This document shows, one piece after another, positions 29,057 to 38,395 of a stretch of DNA of 64,000 nucleotides (within the stretch, counting starts at the first letter, position 1; the number at the start of each line of letters is the position of its first letter). Both the position numbers and the translations under genes were made by a program. The notes below the pieces were generated by a model that searched no databases, was not told where the DNA came from, and worked only from the letters and a program-made list of their open reading frames with translations. The stretch is from NCBI GenBank assembly GCA_040770465.1, contig JAXGJB010000001.1, forward strand, positions 96,771-160,770, read 5' to 3'. The stretch comes from Methanothrix sp. (GTDB lineage Archaea > Halobacteriota > Methanosarcinia > Methanotrichales > Methanotrichaceae).

Positions 29057-31126
29057 ATGAGCCGGCTTTTGGCGGGGGTTATCCTCCTGCCCCTCTTTTT
29101 TACGATGGCGGCAGCTGGAGCCGGGGCCGGAGAGGCCGGGAGCGATAGCCCGGCCGTCGTCATCTCCAGGGTGGAGATCAACCCCCCAGGGTCTGACGGG
29201 GGCCGTGAGTGGGCGGAGATCTTCAACCCCGGGGGGGCTGACGCCCCGATCGGCGGCTGGAGGCTTGTTGCAAAGGAGAGCGGTGCTGCCGCGACCCTTT
29301 CGGCAGACGCCGTCGTGCCCGCCCAGGGAAGCCTCAGGGCGAGTTTCGGCGAGGACGGCCTGAGCCTCGCCGACTCTGAGGAGTCGATCCGTCTTTTCGA
29401 CGAATCGGGGACGGTCGTCGACGAGACCCCACCAATAAACGATTCGGAAAACGGCAACAATGTCTGGACCAGAATCTCGTTTGACGACGAAATTCTCCAG
29501 GACTGGAGGTTTGAGAGCCTCTACCGGAGAATCGACGAACTCGCCGACTCCGCCCCGGCCGAGGCTGAGTCGTCCCCCGAAGATCTGGCCCTCTACCTAT
29601 CGGGATCGGCCGAAAGCGACGAAGAGCGGGCACGGGCGATCTATCGCTGGATCACAGCCAACGTCGAGTACGACGTCGGGGCCTCCGTCTCGGCGGCCTA
29701 TGGGGGCCGGCCCCCAGAAGAGGTTTTGGACGGGAGGAAGGGGGTGTGCAGCGATTACAGCCGCCTCTTCGAGAGGCTCTGCGAGCTATCGGGGCTGGAG
29801 GCGGTGGTGATCCGGGGGTTTGGCAAAGGGTACGGGTACACCGTCGGCTCGCAGATCCCAAACTCCAGCAACCACGCCTGGAACGCCGTCAGGATCAATG
29901 GCGAGTGGCGGCTCATCGACTCCACCTGGGGGGCGGGCCACCTGGACCCGGCTGTGGGTTTTTTCCGGGAGTTCGAGGAGTTTTACTTCCTCACCCCGCC
30001 CGAGGACCTGGTCTGGACCCACCTTCCCGACGATCCCGCCTGGCAGCTTCTGGACGAGCCGATGACGAGGGTGGAGTTCGAGGGGCTCGTTTACGCAAAG
30101 CCCGCCTTCTTCAGGGACGATTTGAAGATAGCCGGATCCCCGGCTGGAACCATCGAAGCCGACGGCGGGGCGACCGTCAACCTCTCGGCCCCCCGGGATG
30201 TGAGGGTCATGGCAAACCTCCTGGATGGGGATGGAAGAGAGCTTCCCAGCCGGTTCGCCCAGGTCCGGCGGTCCCCAGAGGGAGTGGGCGAGGGCGAGGG
30301 TGCGTCGGTGAGGACGGCCTGCCCCGGCCCCGGAAATTACACTCTGCGGATCTACTCGAATAGGTTCGGGGGCGAGGATCAGGAAGGGGATCGAGAAGGG
30401 GGCAAGGAGGCCGACCAGAAGGTCTACGACTGGGCCCTGGACTATCGGATCGAAGCGGGGCCGGACTCTCCGGTTCAGACCGGCTTTCCCGTGATCTGGG
30501 ATGCGTTCTGGGATCTGGGGCTCGACTTCAAGAGCCATCCTGAGGGGTTGATCGAGACGGGAGCCGAGCTGAAGGTGACCCTCTCGGCCCCCGAAGACGT
30601 CCTCCTCCTGGCTAGGCTCCTCAACGATGGAGGAAAGGAACTCGCTGAGGAGAGGACCTTCGCCCAGAGGGAGGAGGACGGGTACGCCGTCATGGCGTCG
30701 TTCCCCGAGGCCGGAGACTACACCCTCAGGATCTATGCCAGACGAGGAGGAGACGGGGGGGACGGAGGCGGGAGCGGAGGCGGAGCCGGCGAGTACACCT
30801 CTGTCGTCGAGTACTCGGTGGTGGCAGACGACGGGATCGAAGAGAGAACTTTCCCGCGAACGATGGGGTCGTTCGCCGAGGTTGGGGCGACCCTCATCAG
30901 CCCACTCGAGGGAAGGCTCGTTGCAGGGAACGCCACCGAATTTGAGATCATCGTCCCCGGAGCCGAGGATGCGACGGTTATCTCCGATGGGACATGGACC
31001 CCTCTGACCAGGGACGGCGAGACCTTCCGGGGGGAAGCGGTGCTATCCGAAGGAGTGGCCCGGATAGCGGCTAAGTCTCCGGGCGAGAACTCTTACGGCA
31101 TCCTCCTGGAATACGAAGTCATTTGA
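29057..31126 (+). CDS. Secreted lamin-tail-domain + transglutaminase-like cysteine peptidase + tandem Ig-like domains (KY-peptidase-like)
   Basis: Signal peptide; VVISRVEINP..EWAEIFN (LTD); GVCSDY, NHAWNAV, IDSTWG (Cys-His-Asp triad); repeated G.YTLRIY modules. Confidence 0.85.
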   Translation: MSRLLAGVILLPLFFTMAAAGAGAGEAGSDSPAVVISRVEINPPGSDGGREWAEIFNPGGADAPIGGWRLVAKESGAAATLSADAVVPAQGSLRASFGEDGLSLADSEESIRLFDESGTVVDETPPINDSENGNNVWTRISFDDEILQDWRFESLYRRIDELADSAPAEAESSPEDLALYLSGSAESDEERARAIYRWITANVEYDVGASVSAAYGGRPPEEVLDGRKGVCSDYSRLFERLCELSGLEAVVIRGFGKGYGYTVGSQIPNSSNHAWNAVRINGEWRLIDSTWGAGHLDPAVGFFREFEEFYFLTPPEDLVWTHLPDDPAWQLLDEPMTRVEFEGLVYAKPAFFRDDLKIAGSPAGTIEADGGATVNLSAPRDVRVMANLLDGDGRELPSRFAQVRRSPEGVGEGEGASVRTACPGPGNYTLRIYSNRFGGEDQEGDREGGKEADQKVYDWALDYRIEAGPDSPVQTGFPVIWDAFWDLGLDFKSHPEGLIETGAELKVTLSAPEDVLLLARLLNDGGKELAEERTFAQREEDGYAVMASFPEAGDYTLRIYARRGGDGGDGGGSGGGAGEYTSVVEYSVVADDGIEERTFPRTMGSFAEVGATLISPLEGRLVAGNATEFEIIVPGAEDATVISDGTWTPLTRDGETFRGEAVLSEGVARIAAKSPGENSYGILLEYEVI

Positions 31127-31152
31127 ATGAAGATCCAGATGTGAATTAAGTC

Positions 31153-31806
31153 ATGAAAGTCACCATAATCTACGACAACACCTCACTTCGGGAGGATCTC
31201 AGAGCCGACTGGGGATTCTCCGCCCTCGTCGAGGCGAGAGGGAGGAGGATCCTCTTTGATGCCGGCGCCAGGGGCGAGATCCTCCTCGGGAACATGAGGG
31301 CGCTGGAGATCGATCCTCGATCCATCGAGGAGGTCTTCATATCCCACCCCCACGCCGATCATGTTGGAGGACTCTCCGACCTTCTCAGGATCAAACCTGT
31401 CAGGGTGGTGGTCCCCCTCTCAGCCCCTGCGCCACGAAACGTCGAAGCTCTGAGGGTCGAAAGCCCAACCGAGATCCACCCCGGCATATACTCCACCGGT
31501 GAGCTTGCAGGGATAGAGCAGTCAATGGTCATCGATTCGGGCATCGATTCGGGCATCGGCCTCGTCGTGATCTCGGGCTGCGCCCACCCCGGCGTCGGAA
31601 GAATCCTCGGAGTCGCCTCCGGATTTGGGAAAGTTGGGGGCCTCATCGGGGGGCTACACGGCTTCTCCGAGCTGAATCGGCTCCGGGATCTCGACCTCGT
31701 CTGCCCCACGCACTGCACCGTCTGCAGGTCCGAGATCATGAGGAGATATCCAGAAAAGTGCCTGGAGGGCGGGGCTGGAAAGGTCGTGGAGATTCCGGGA
31801 AATTGA
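31153..31806 (+). CDS. MBL-fold metallo-hydrolase (MJ0301/MptH-like)
   Basis: WGFSALVE, ILFDAG, SHPHADHVGG, GCAHPG, GGLHG, PTHCT. Confidence 0.88.
   Translation: MKVTIIYDNTSLREDLRADWGFSALVEARGRRILFDAGARGEILLGNMRALEIDPRSIEEVFISHPHADHVGGLSDLLRIKPVRVVVPLSAPAPRNVEALRVESPTEIHPGIYSTGELAGIEQSMVIDSGIDSGIGLVVISGCAHPGVGRILGVASGFGKVGGLIGGLHGFSELNRLRDLDLVCPTHCTVCRSEIMRRYPEKCLEGGAGKVVEIPGN
31531..31560 (+). repeat. In-frame 12-bp tandem duplication ATCGATTCGGGC x2
   Basis: Encodes IDSG-IDSG-IG in the MBL protein. Confidence 0.8.
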
Positions 31807-31883
31807 TTTAGAGGATGAGTTTGAGAAATGTTGGGAGATAGTTCCGGGGACGTGGATCTGAAGAGGATATTTGAGGGCGGAAT

Positions 31884-33191
31884 TTGGCGGGAAGTTTGAG
31901 CATGTCCGAGAAGATCGAAGGCGGCGCGGCTGGGAGATGGGGGGCAGAGATGGAGATGGACGGATCTCGCGATGCGGGTCCGGCAGGAAGAGGTATGGGC
32001 CCCGTATCGAGGATAGCCCTCCTCTCGCTCCTGGTGAACCTATCCCTCGTCGGGATCAAGCTCACCCTCTCCTACGTCTCAGGAAGCCTCGCCCTCCGGG
32101 CCGACGCCGTCCACTCCCTGGTGGACGTCTTCGGCTCGACGGCCCTGATCCTCGGGATATTCATCTCCGGGAGGAAGAGCAGGAGCTTCCCCTACGGCCT
32201 TTACAAGGTCGAGAACGTGGTGGCTGTGGTCATCTCCCTCCTCCTATTTCTCACCGCCTTCGAGATCGGCCGAGAGGCGGCGGTGGGGGCCGTCCACTCC
32301 GTCCCCTACAGCGGCTGGGTCCTGGTGGCGGTGGCGGCGATCGTCCCCATCCCCTTCCTATTCGGGACATACGAGATGCGGGTCGGCAAAATGCACAACT
32401 CCCCCAGCCTCGTCGCCGACGGCCGACAGTTTCGGGCCGACGTTCTCACCGAGCTTGTAGTCTTCGCCGCCCTGGCGGGGCAGCTGGTTGGCCTGCCCCT
32501 GGACAGGGTGGCGGCGGCGATCATCGCCGTCCTCATCGTCAGGGCCGGCTGGGAGATCCTCGTCTCGGGGATGAGGGTCCTTCTGGACGCCTCCATCGAC
32601 TCGGCGACGCTGAAGAAGATTGAGTCCGCGATCGAGGCCCACCCCGAGGTCTCAATAGTCGAGGAGGTGACGGGGAGAAACTCCGGCCGCTACTTATTCG
32701 TCGAGGCGAAGGTCGCCTTCAGGGTCACGGACCTCGCCCGGGCCCATCAGGCGAGCCAGAGGATCGAGGGGGCCATCCGGGAGGCGGTCCCCAACGTCGA
32801 CCGGGTTTTGATACACTACGAGCCCCGCCCCCGTACCCACCTCCGATACGCCGTCGCCCTGGCGGACCTTGACGGGAAGGTCAGCCACCACTTCGGGGAG
32901 TCCCCTTACTTCGCCCTCGTCGACTTCAACCTCAAAGAGCGCCAGGTCGAGGAGCAGACGATCGTCGCAAACCCCTTCAAGGACCTGGAGAAGGGGAAGG
33001 GTCTGAAGGTCGCAGGCCTCCTCCTCTCGAAGAAGCCGGACGTCGTCGTGGCGGGCGAGAGTCTTGAGGGGAAGGGTCCGGGCTACGCCCTCGCCGAGGC
33101 CGGGGTCGAGACGGTCAGGACCGAGGCCGGGAGTCTGCGGGAGGTGGTGGAGGTCTCGATGACCGGCCACTTACTCCGCCATCCACTATGA
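31884..33191 (+). CDS. Cation diffusion facilitator fused to a C-terminal NifB/NifX (FeMo-co binding) domain
   Basis: SLALRADAVHSLVD, FPYGLYKVE, SLVADG, VLIHYEP; then HFGESPYF...NP...KG. True start may be 31902 or 31995. Confidence 0.9.
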   Translation: MAGSLSMSEKIEGGAAGRWGAEMEMDGSRDAGPAGRGMGPVSRIALLSLLVNLSLVGIKLTLSYVSGSLALRADAVHSLVDVFGSTALILGIFISGRKSRSFPYGLYKVENVVAVVISLLLFLTAFEIGREAAVGAVHSVPYSGWVLVAVAAIVPIPFLFGTYEMRVGKMHNSPSLVADGRQFRADVLTELVVFAALAGQLVGLPLDRVAAAIIAVLIVRAGWEILVSGMRVLLDASIDSATLKKIESAIEAHPEVSIVEEVTGRNSGRYLFVEAKVAFRVTDLARAHQASQRIEGAIREAVPNVDRVLIHYEPRPRTHLRYAVALADLDGKVSHHFGESPYFALVDFNLKERQVEEQTIVANPFKDLEKGKGLKVAGLLLSKKPDVVVAGESLEGKGPGYALAEAGVETVRTEAGSLREVVEVSMTGHLLRHPL

Positions 33192-33264
33192 GATTACAGG
33201 AGCTCGATGCTGCCACCGCCTCCAAAGCCCTTAACTCCCCCACCCCCATACCCACGCCCCAGAG

Positions 33265-34680
33265 ATGACCGAAGACCCCTCGCAGAAGATGGCGGCCCTG
33301 GTGGTGGCGGCTACAAGCTCCTTTCTCACACCCTTCATGGGCTCCTCGGTGAACATCGCCCTCCCGGCGATCGGCGAGGAGTTTGGCCTCGACGCCGTGA
33401 CACTGAGCTGGGTGGCGACATCGGCGGTCCTGTCGGCGGCGATCTTCCTCGTCCCCTTCGGCCGCCTGGCGGACATCCACGGTCGGAAGCGGGTCTTCAC
33501 CTGCGGTGTCTTCACGTATACGGGGTCGGCCCTCCTCTGCGCCCTCGCCACATCGGCCCCGATGCTGATCGCCTTCCGGTTCACCCAAGGCATGGGCGGG
33601 GCGATGATCTTCGGGACGGGGACCGCCATCCTCACATCGGCATTTCCCTCCCGGGAGAGGGGGAAGGCCCTTGGGGTGAGCGTCGCCGCCGTCTATCTGG
33701 GGCTGACTTTGGGGCCGTCCCTCGGGGGCTTTCTCACCCACCAGTTCGGCTGGAGGGCGGTCTTTCTCTCGAACCTCCCCGTCGGCCTGATGGTGCTGCT
33801 TTTGGTCGCCTTCCGGCTCAAAGGCGAGTGGGCCGAGGCCCGGGGCGAGAGGTTCGACCTCTTCGGCTCGGCCCTCTACTGCGGAGCGCTGGTGGCGACG
33901 ATCTACGGCTTTACCAGGCTTCCGGAGGCCGTCGGCGGCGCGCTGATCTCCATCGGCCTTCTGGGGATCGCCGGCTTCGCCCTCGTGGAGTCGGGGAGGG
34001 AGAGCCCCCTCCTGGAGGTCGGCCTCTTTCGGCGTAACAGGACCTTCGCGTTTTCAAACCTCGCCGCCCTGATCAACTACAGCGCCACCTTCGGTGTGGG
34101 ATTTCTCTTAAGCCTCCACCTCCAGTACGTCAAAGGCCTCTCCGCCCAGGATGCGGGGCTCATCCTCATAGCCCAGCCCGTGCTGATGGTATTCATCGCC
34201 CTCATCTCTGGCTGGCTCTCCGATCGGATGAGCCCCTCGATCCTCGCGGGGGCTGGGATGGCCCTGACGACGGCGAGCCTCCTATCCCTCGTCGACCTCG
34301 GACGGGAGACGTCGATCGGCTCGATTCTCGTGAGCCTTGCGATCCTGGGGCTCGGCGTTGGCCTCTTCTCCTCACCCAACACCAACGCCATCATGAGCTC
34401 CGTTCCGCCCAAATTCTACGGCGTCGCCTCATCGACTCTGGGTACGATGAGGCTAACGGGGCACATGCTGAGCATGGGGATGGCGATCCTCGCCTTCTCC
34501 CTCTATTTGGGGCGGGTCGCCATATCCGCCGACAGCATCGACCCATTCATCAGAAGCGCCCAGGCCACTTTCTGGGCCTTTGCGGTTTTGTCTTTTGGCG
34601 GGATCTTCGCCAGCATGGCCGGAGGGGTCAGGAGAGAGAAAGACTCCTCCAACCAGAGAGCAAGCGGGAGACGATTTTAA
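33265..34680 (+). CDS. MFS transporter (DHA2/EmrB-like)
   Basis: VNIALPAI, GRLADIHGRKR, ERGKALG, GWRAVF, FSSPNTNAIMS. Confidence 0.92.
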   Translation: MTEDPSQKMAALVVAATSSFLTPFMGSSVNIALPAIGEEFGLDAVTLSWVATSAVLSAAIFLVPFGRLADIHGRKRVFTCGVFTYTGSALLCALATSAPMLIAFRFTQGMGGAMIFGTGTAILTSAFPSRERGKALGVSVAAVYLGLTLGPSLGGFLTHQFGWRAVFLSNLPVGLMVLLLVAFRLKGEWAEARGERFDLFGSALYCGALVATIYGFTRLPEAVGGALISIGLLGIAGFALVESGRESPLLEVGLFRRNRTFAFSNLAALINYSATFGVGFLLSLHLQYVKGLSAQDAGLILIAQPVLMVFIALISGWLSDRMSPSILAGAGMALTTASLLSLVDLGRETSIGSILVSLAILGLGVGLFSSPNTNAIMSSVPPKFYGVASSTLGTMRLTGHMLSMGMAILAFSLYLGRVAISADSIDPFIRSAQATFWAFAVLSFGGIFASMAGGVRREKDSSNQRASGRRF

Positions 34681-34970
34681 TGTGGACGCTTGTGATCCAT
34701 CCCGAGGGGTCGGGTCGGGTAGAGGCGCTGCTCGGATCTCGAAGATATATGTAAATTAAAAACCCTCTGATTTAGACAATAACCGCGCAACATTGAAATA
34801 GATGGTCACATATATCGGGTATTCAGAACAAACGACCATACGATCTGCGAGATCGGCGGTTCTGAACTCCCCAGAGATGGTCTTTGAGTCTGGGAACATA
34901 TCCAGAACTTCGCAAGATCGAAAAAGGAAGGAAATTGGAAATCGATTGAAATCGATGAGGAAGTCTTCAA

Positions 34971-35426
34971 ATGAAAGTGTGTGTTACAGCAGCCGGTCCC
35001 GGCCCCGACGCCCTCCTCGACCCGAGGTTCGGGCGATGCGCCTACTTCGTGGTCGTGGAGACCGAGACGATGGAGGCAGAATCGATACCGAACTCCAGCG
35101 CTAGCGCCGCCAGCGGCGCCGGGATCCAGGCGGCCCAGACGATCGCCAACGCCGGAGCCGGCGCCCTGATCACGGGGAACATCGGCCCCAACGCCGCCGA
35201 AACCCTGAAAGCCGCAGGGATCAAGGTCTATCTCTCCACGGGCGGGAGCGTGCGAGAGTCCGTGGAGAAGTTCAAGAACGGAGAGCTCTCCGAGACCTCT
35301 TCCGCCTCGGTCCAGGCCCACTCGGGGATGGGGGCCGGCGGCGGGATGGGTCGGGGCGGCGGTCGCGGAGGAGGTCGTGGTGGCGGAAGAGGACAGGGCC
35401 AGGGCCAGGGCGGTCAAAACTGGTGA
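34971..35426 (+). CDS. NifB/NifX family protein with Gly/Arg-rich tail
   Basis: DPRFGRCAYF, GAGIQAAQ, TGNIGPNA; tail GMGRGGGRGGGRGGGRG. Confidence 0.9.
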   Translation: MKVCVTAAGPGPDALLDPRFGRCAYFVVVETETMEAESIPNSSASAASGAGIQAAQTIANAGAGALITGNIGPNAAETLKAAGIKVYLSTGGSVRESVEKFKNGELSETSSASVQAHSGMGAGGGMGRGGGRGGGRGGGRGQGQGQGGQNW

Positions 35427-35431
35427 TATGA

Positions 35432-35791
35432 ATGAAAGTGGCAGTTCCAACCATGGGAGATCAGGGTCTCAGTGAACTGATATGCGCCCACTTCGGGCGG
35501 GCCGAGACCTTCACGATAGTCGACCTCGACTCCGGAGACGTCGAGGTGATCAGAAACACCAGCGAGCACATGGGAGGCACCGGCCTTCCCCCGGAGCTGA
35601 TCTCCGCCAAGGGCGCCCACGTCATGCTGGCGGGAGGGCTCGGGCCGAAGGCGGTCAAGATGTTCGAGGGGTACGGGATCGAGGTGTTCATCGGGGCGAC
35701 CGGCACCGTCAAAGACGCCATATCCGACTGGAAGGAAGGATACCTCGAAGAGGCGACCGACGAGAACGCCTGCAGAGAACACCGGCACTGA
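35432..35791 (+). CDS. NifB/NifX family protein with Cys/His tail
   Basis: MKVAVPT, HFGRAETF, GGLGPKA; ends CREHRH. Confidence 0.9.
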   Translation: MKVAVPTMGDQGLSELICAHFGRAETFTIVDLDSGDVEVIRNTSEHMGGTGLPPELISAKGAHVMLAGGLGPKAVKMFEGYGIEVFIGATGTVKDAISDWKEGYLEEATDENACREHRH

Positions 35792-35807
35792 TCGGCGTCC
35801 GAAGACG

Positions 35808-35865
35808 AAAAGGGGGAGAGGAAGTGCCCCCTTTTTGGGCTATTTTTGGGCTATTCTTCTTTTTT
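35808..35865 (+). terminator. Hairpin plus T-tracts
   Basis: AAAAGGGGG...CCCCCTTTT, followed by TTTTTGGGCTA x2 and a T run. Confidence 0.55.
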
Positions 35866-35945
35866 GTGATTCTGACGAGATGGGACTTGCCGATGGGAAT
35901 CCTCAAATCAGATCTCGATCTATCGACTTTTTCGACGAGAGGTGA

Positions 35946-36413
35946 TTGAGATTGGACCTTGAGGAAAGCGGCCAGGACCTGATAGAGATTGAAGAGCTGA
36001 CAGAGGCGCTCTACTCCTGCATCTCCTTTTTTCAAGGGGAGAGTCCGGACCTCGTGCGGCTGAGAGGGCTCTTCATTGAGAAGGGGATATTGATCAACAA
36101 CAACGACGACCCGCTGATCTTCACCATCGACTCGTTCGTGGACGCCATCGATTATCAGATCTCCGCCGGGAGCCTGAAGTCCTTCAGCGAGAGGGAGATC
36201 GCAGAGAGGACCGAGATCTTCGGAAATATCGCCCACCGGTTCAGCACCTACGAGGCGAGGTTCGACCCCGACGATGCCGAGCCCCTCACCGTCGGGATAA
36301 ACAGCATCCAGCTCGTAAAAGTCGGAGAATCGTGGCTTGTGAGCTGCCTCGTCTGGAACGACGAGAGGGATGGCCGGAAGATTCCGGAGAAGTATGATGG
36401 AAAATTAGGATGA
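35946..36413 (+). CDS. Hypothetical protein, NTF2-like (DUF4440-like)
   Basis: FSERE, EIFGNIAHRFSTYE, GINSIQL, W.VS.L.W.DE. Confidence 0.75.
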   Translation: MRLDLEESGQDLIEIEELTEALYSCISFFQGESPDLVRLRGLFIEKGILINNNDDPLIFTIDSFVDAIDYQISAGSLKSFSEREIAERTEIFGNIAHRFSTYEARFDPDDAEPLTVGINSIQLVKVGESWLVSCLVWNDERDGRKIPEKYDGKLG

Positions 36414-36440
36414 TCAGGAAGAGGAAGGCACGATGCCGGG

Positions 36441-36902
36441 TCAGATCTCCATCGTGTCCCCGTCCTTTCCCATCTGACAGACGGGGCAGGCGTCCTTCTC
36501 CTCGTTCAATTCCCTCGTGGCCATGGCGAGGACGGTGGCGTTGGCGATATTCCCGGCGATGAGGAGGGCGGCCCCGATCTCGTCGTCGGTGATCCCCATC
36601 CTTTTTGCGATCCTGAGGTGGAGCTTGAGACAGTGGCTGCAGCGGATCGCCGCGGCGACGGCGATGGATATCAGCTCCTGGGTCTCCGGGTCGAGAGCCT
36701 GAGAGCTTCTGATGATGGCGTTGTTGTGAAGGATCTTGGTGACCAGAAGCTCGGGCTTGTCCTTCATGAACCGAAATATGTACGGCACCTCGCCATAGGC
36801 CTTCTCGATGGAGGCGAGCATATCCTCCGCCGTCTGTTCTGTGCCCTTATCGAGAACCCGTTCCAGATCGTCTTCGAAGCTCATAAGCTCATAACCCCTC
36901 AT
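36441..36902 (-). CDS. Carboxymuconolactone decarboxylase / AhpD-like protein
   Basis: LDPETQELISIAVAAAIRCSHCLKLH; extra C-terminal CPVC; start abuts the mmp7 stop. Confidence 0.88.
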   Translation of the reverse strand: MRGYELMSFEDDLERVLDKGTEQTAEDMLASIEKAYGEVPYIFRFMKDKPELLVTKILHNNAIIRSSQALDPETQELISIAVAAAIRCSHCLKLHLRIAKRMGITDDEIGAALLIAGNIANATVLAMATRELNEEKDACPVCQMGKDGDTMEI

Positions 36903-37826
36903 CTAAACCACAAAGCCGGTCTCCGAGGTGGGCAATATCCGGACGAGTATATAGCTCTTCATCCTCGACGGCATCACCTTGGCGATCTCCCCCAAGGTCA
37001 CTCCCTCATCGAAGGTCACGCCGGCCACCGCCTCATGATACTCCTGGTAAGGAAGCTTGATCCTCAGGCCGTTGAGGTTAAGGGCTATAGGGAGGGGCGA
37101 TAGAGACGCTGAGACGTCGGGGACCTGCTCTCTCACCGCCTCCATCACCCGGGGCGGGGTGGTGGTGAGAGGGTCTTTTGAGATCTGCGCCCGGACGCTG
37201 TCGAGGGCCCTTCCGACGGCCGCTACGATGTTGTCGAGGCTTCCGATCTCCGTCGCCTTCCGGGACCGATGGGCGATCCTGCCGACGTTTGCGACGTACT
37301 CGAAGGCGTAAGGTAGATCCTCCTTCTTCATCTCGGGGCCGCCGGTGACGATGACGGGGATGGTGAGGGTCCGATATAGGTGCTCCTTTTTGAGGATGCA
37401 GTCTGCGAAGTTTCCGAAGGTGAATACCACGGCGTCGTGCTCGTTGATGAGGCCGGTCTCGTACTCGTCGATCTGAGCGATCTCCCGTGCGACGCCCCGA
37501 CCCATACCGATCATGTTGCTCTTGGCCCCGTGCCTTCTCAGGTACTCGGCGACGTCGCAGGCGGGGTGGGGTAGGTGATGGATGGCGAGGGTGGGGGTGA
37601 CGACGGCGATCTCCGTCCCGGCCAGGGGGGCTCGTTCGAGCTTACCCTTCAGCTCTTTTGTCAGAGCCTCCAGAACCGGCATGTCCTCGTGAGGCACCAG
37701 CATCAGAAGGATCACCTCGCTCTGGGTGACGTTCTTCTGGAGGAGGTAGCCTCCAAGGTCCTCGATCAATTCGGTCACCAGGTCGTGCTTGTAGACGCCG
37801 CCTGTGAACATCACGGGATCAAGCAT
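36903..37826 (-). CDS. mmp7: Methanogenesis marker protein 7
   Basis: FTGGVYKH..ELIEDLGG, HHLPHPACDVAEYLRR, GNFADC; operon position. Confidence 0.9.
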   Translation of the reverse strand: MLDPVMFTGGVYKHDLVTELIEDLGGYLLQKNVTQSEVILLMLVPHEDMPVLEALTKELKGKLERAPLAGTEIAVVTPTLAIHHLPHPACDVAEYLRRHGAKSNMIGMGRGVAREIAQIDEYETGLINEHDAVVFTFGNFADCILKKEHLYRTLTIPVIVTGGPEMKKEDLPYAFEYVANVGRIAHRSRKATEIGSLDNIVAAVGRALDSVRAQISKDPLTTTPPRVMEAVREQVPDVSASLSPLPIALNLNGLRIKLPYQEYHEAVAGVTFDEGVTLGEIAKVMPSRMKSYILVRILPTSETGFVV

Positions 37827-38394
37827 TTTGCATACCCCTGATCTTCTCTTTCGCATCCGCAACCAATTCGGGCGTTATCGTCTCCTCTGCCGCCAAAAAG
37901 AAGAAGCTCTCTTTGCCCATCTCGTTCCTCCGGTTCCTGAACCCCTCGGGAGCTATCCGGACCAGGGCGTCCATCAGGTCTCTCCTGAACTCGGTCTCCA
38001 GGTCCGCCACCATCAGCTCTTCGGGAGACTCGTCCGACAGCACCACCAGAACGTTCCTGTCGGGCTGCTCCACCTTCTCCCGGCCGTAAGTGCCCCAGAG
38101 GACCCGGATGAGGTTTGCCATGTGCTCCTCGTCCTCCACCGTTATCTGATAGCCGCCCTCCGTCGGAACCAGATCGCCGACGTCCCTGACCTTCAGGGGC
38201 GGCTGTTTGCCCCGGATCATCCCGAGGACGGCGAAGTAGGGGATCTCGATCTCGACGTAGACGTAAAGCCTCCCTATCGACCTGATCAGCCCCAGGTCCT
38301 GGAGGATGTCCATTATTATATCCCTGTACTTGTCGGCCCCGTAATCCTCGCCGGGCATCCGGACCTCGAAGACCTCGAGGGGGTCCATCTCCAT
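37819..38394 (-). CDS. mmp17: Methanogenesis marker protein 17
   Basis: LW..YGR..V.QP.R, RIAPEGFRNR; between mmp15 and mmp7. Confidence 0.88.
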   Translation of the reverse strand: MEMDPLEVFEVRMPGEDYGADKYRDIIMDILQDLGLIRSIGRLYVYVEIEIPYFAVLGMIRGKQPPLKVRDVGDLVPTEGGYQITVEDEEHMANLIRVLWGTYGREKVEQPDRNVLVVLSDESPEELMVADLETEFRRDLMDALVRIAPEGFRNRRNEMGKESFFFLAAEETITPELVADAKEKIRGMQNA

Positions 38395-38395
38395 C

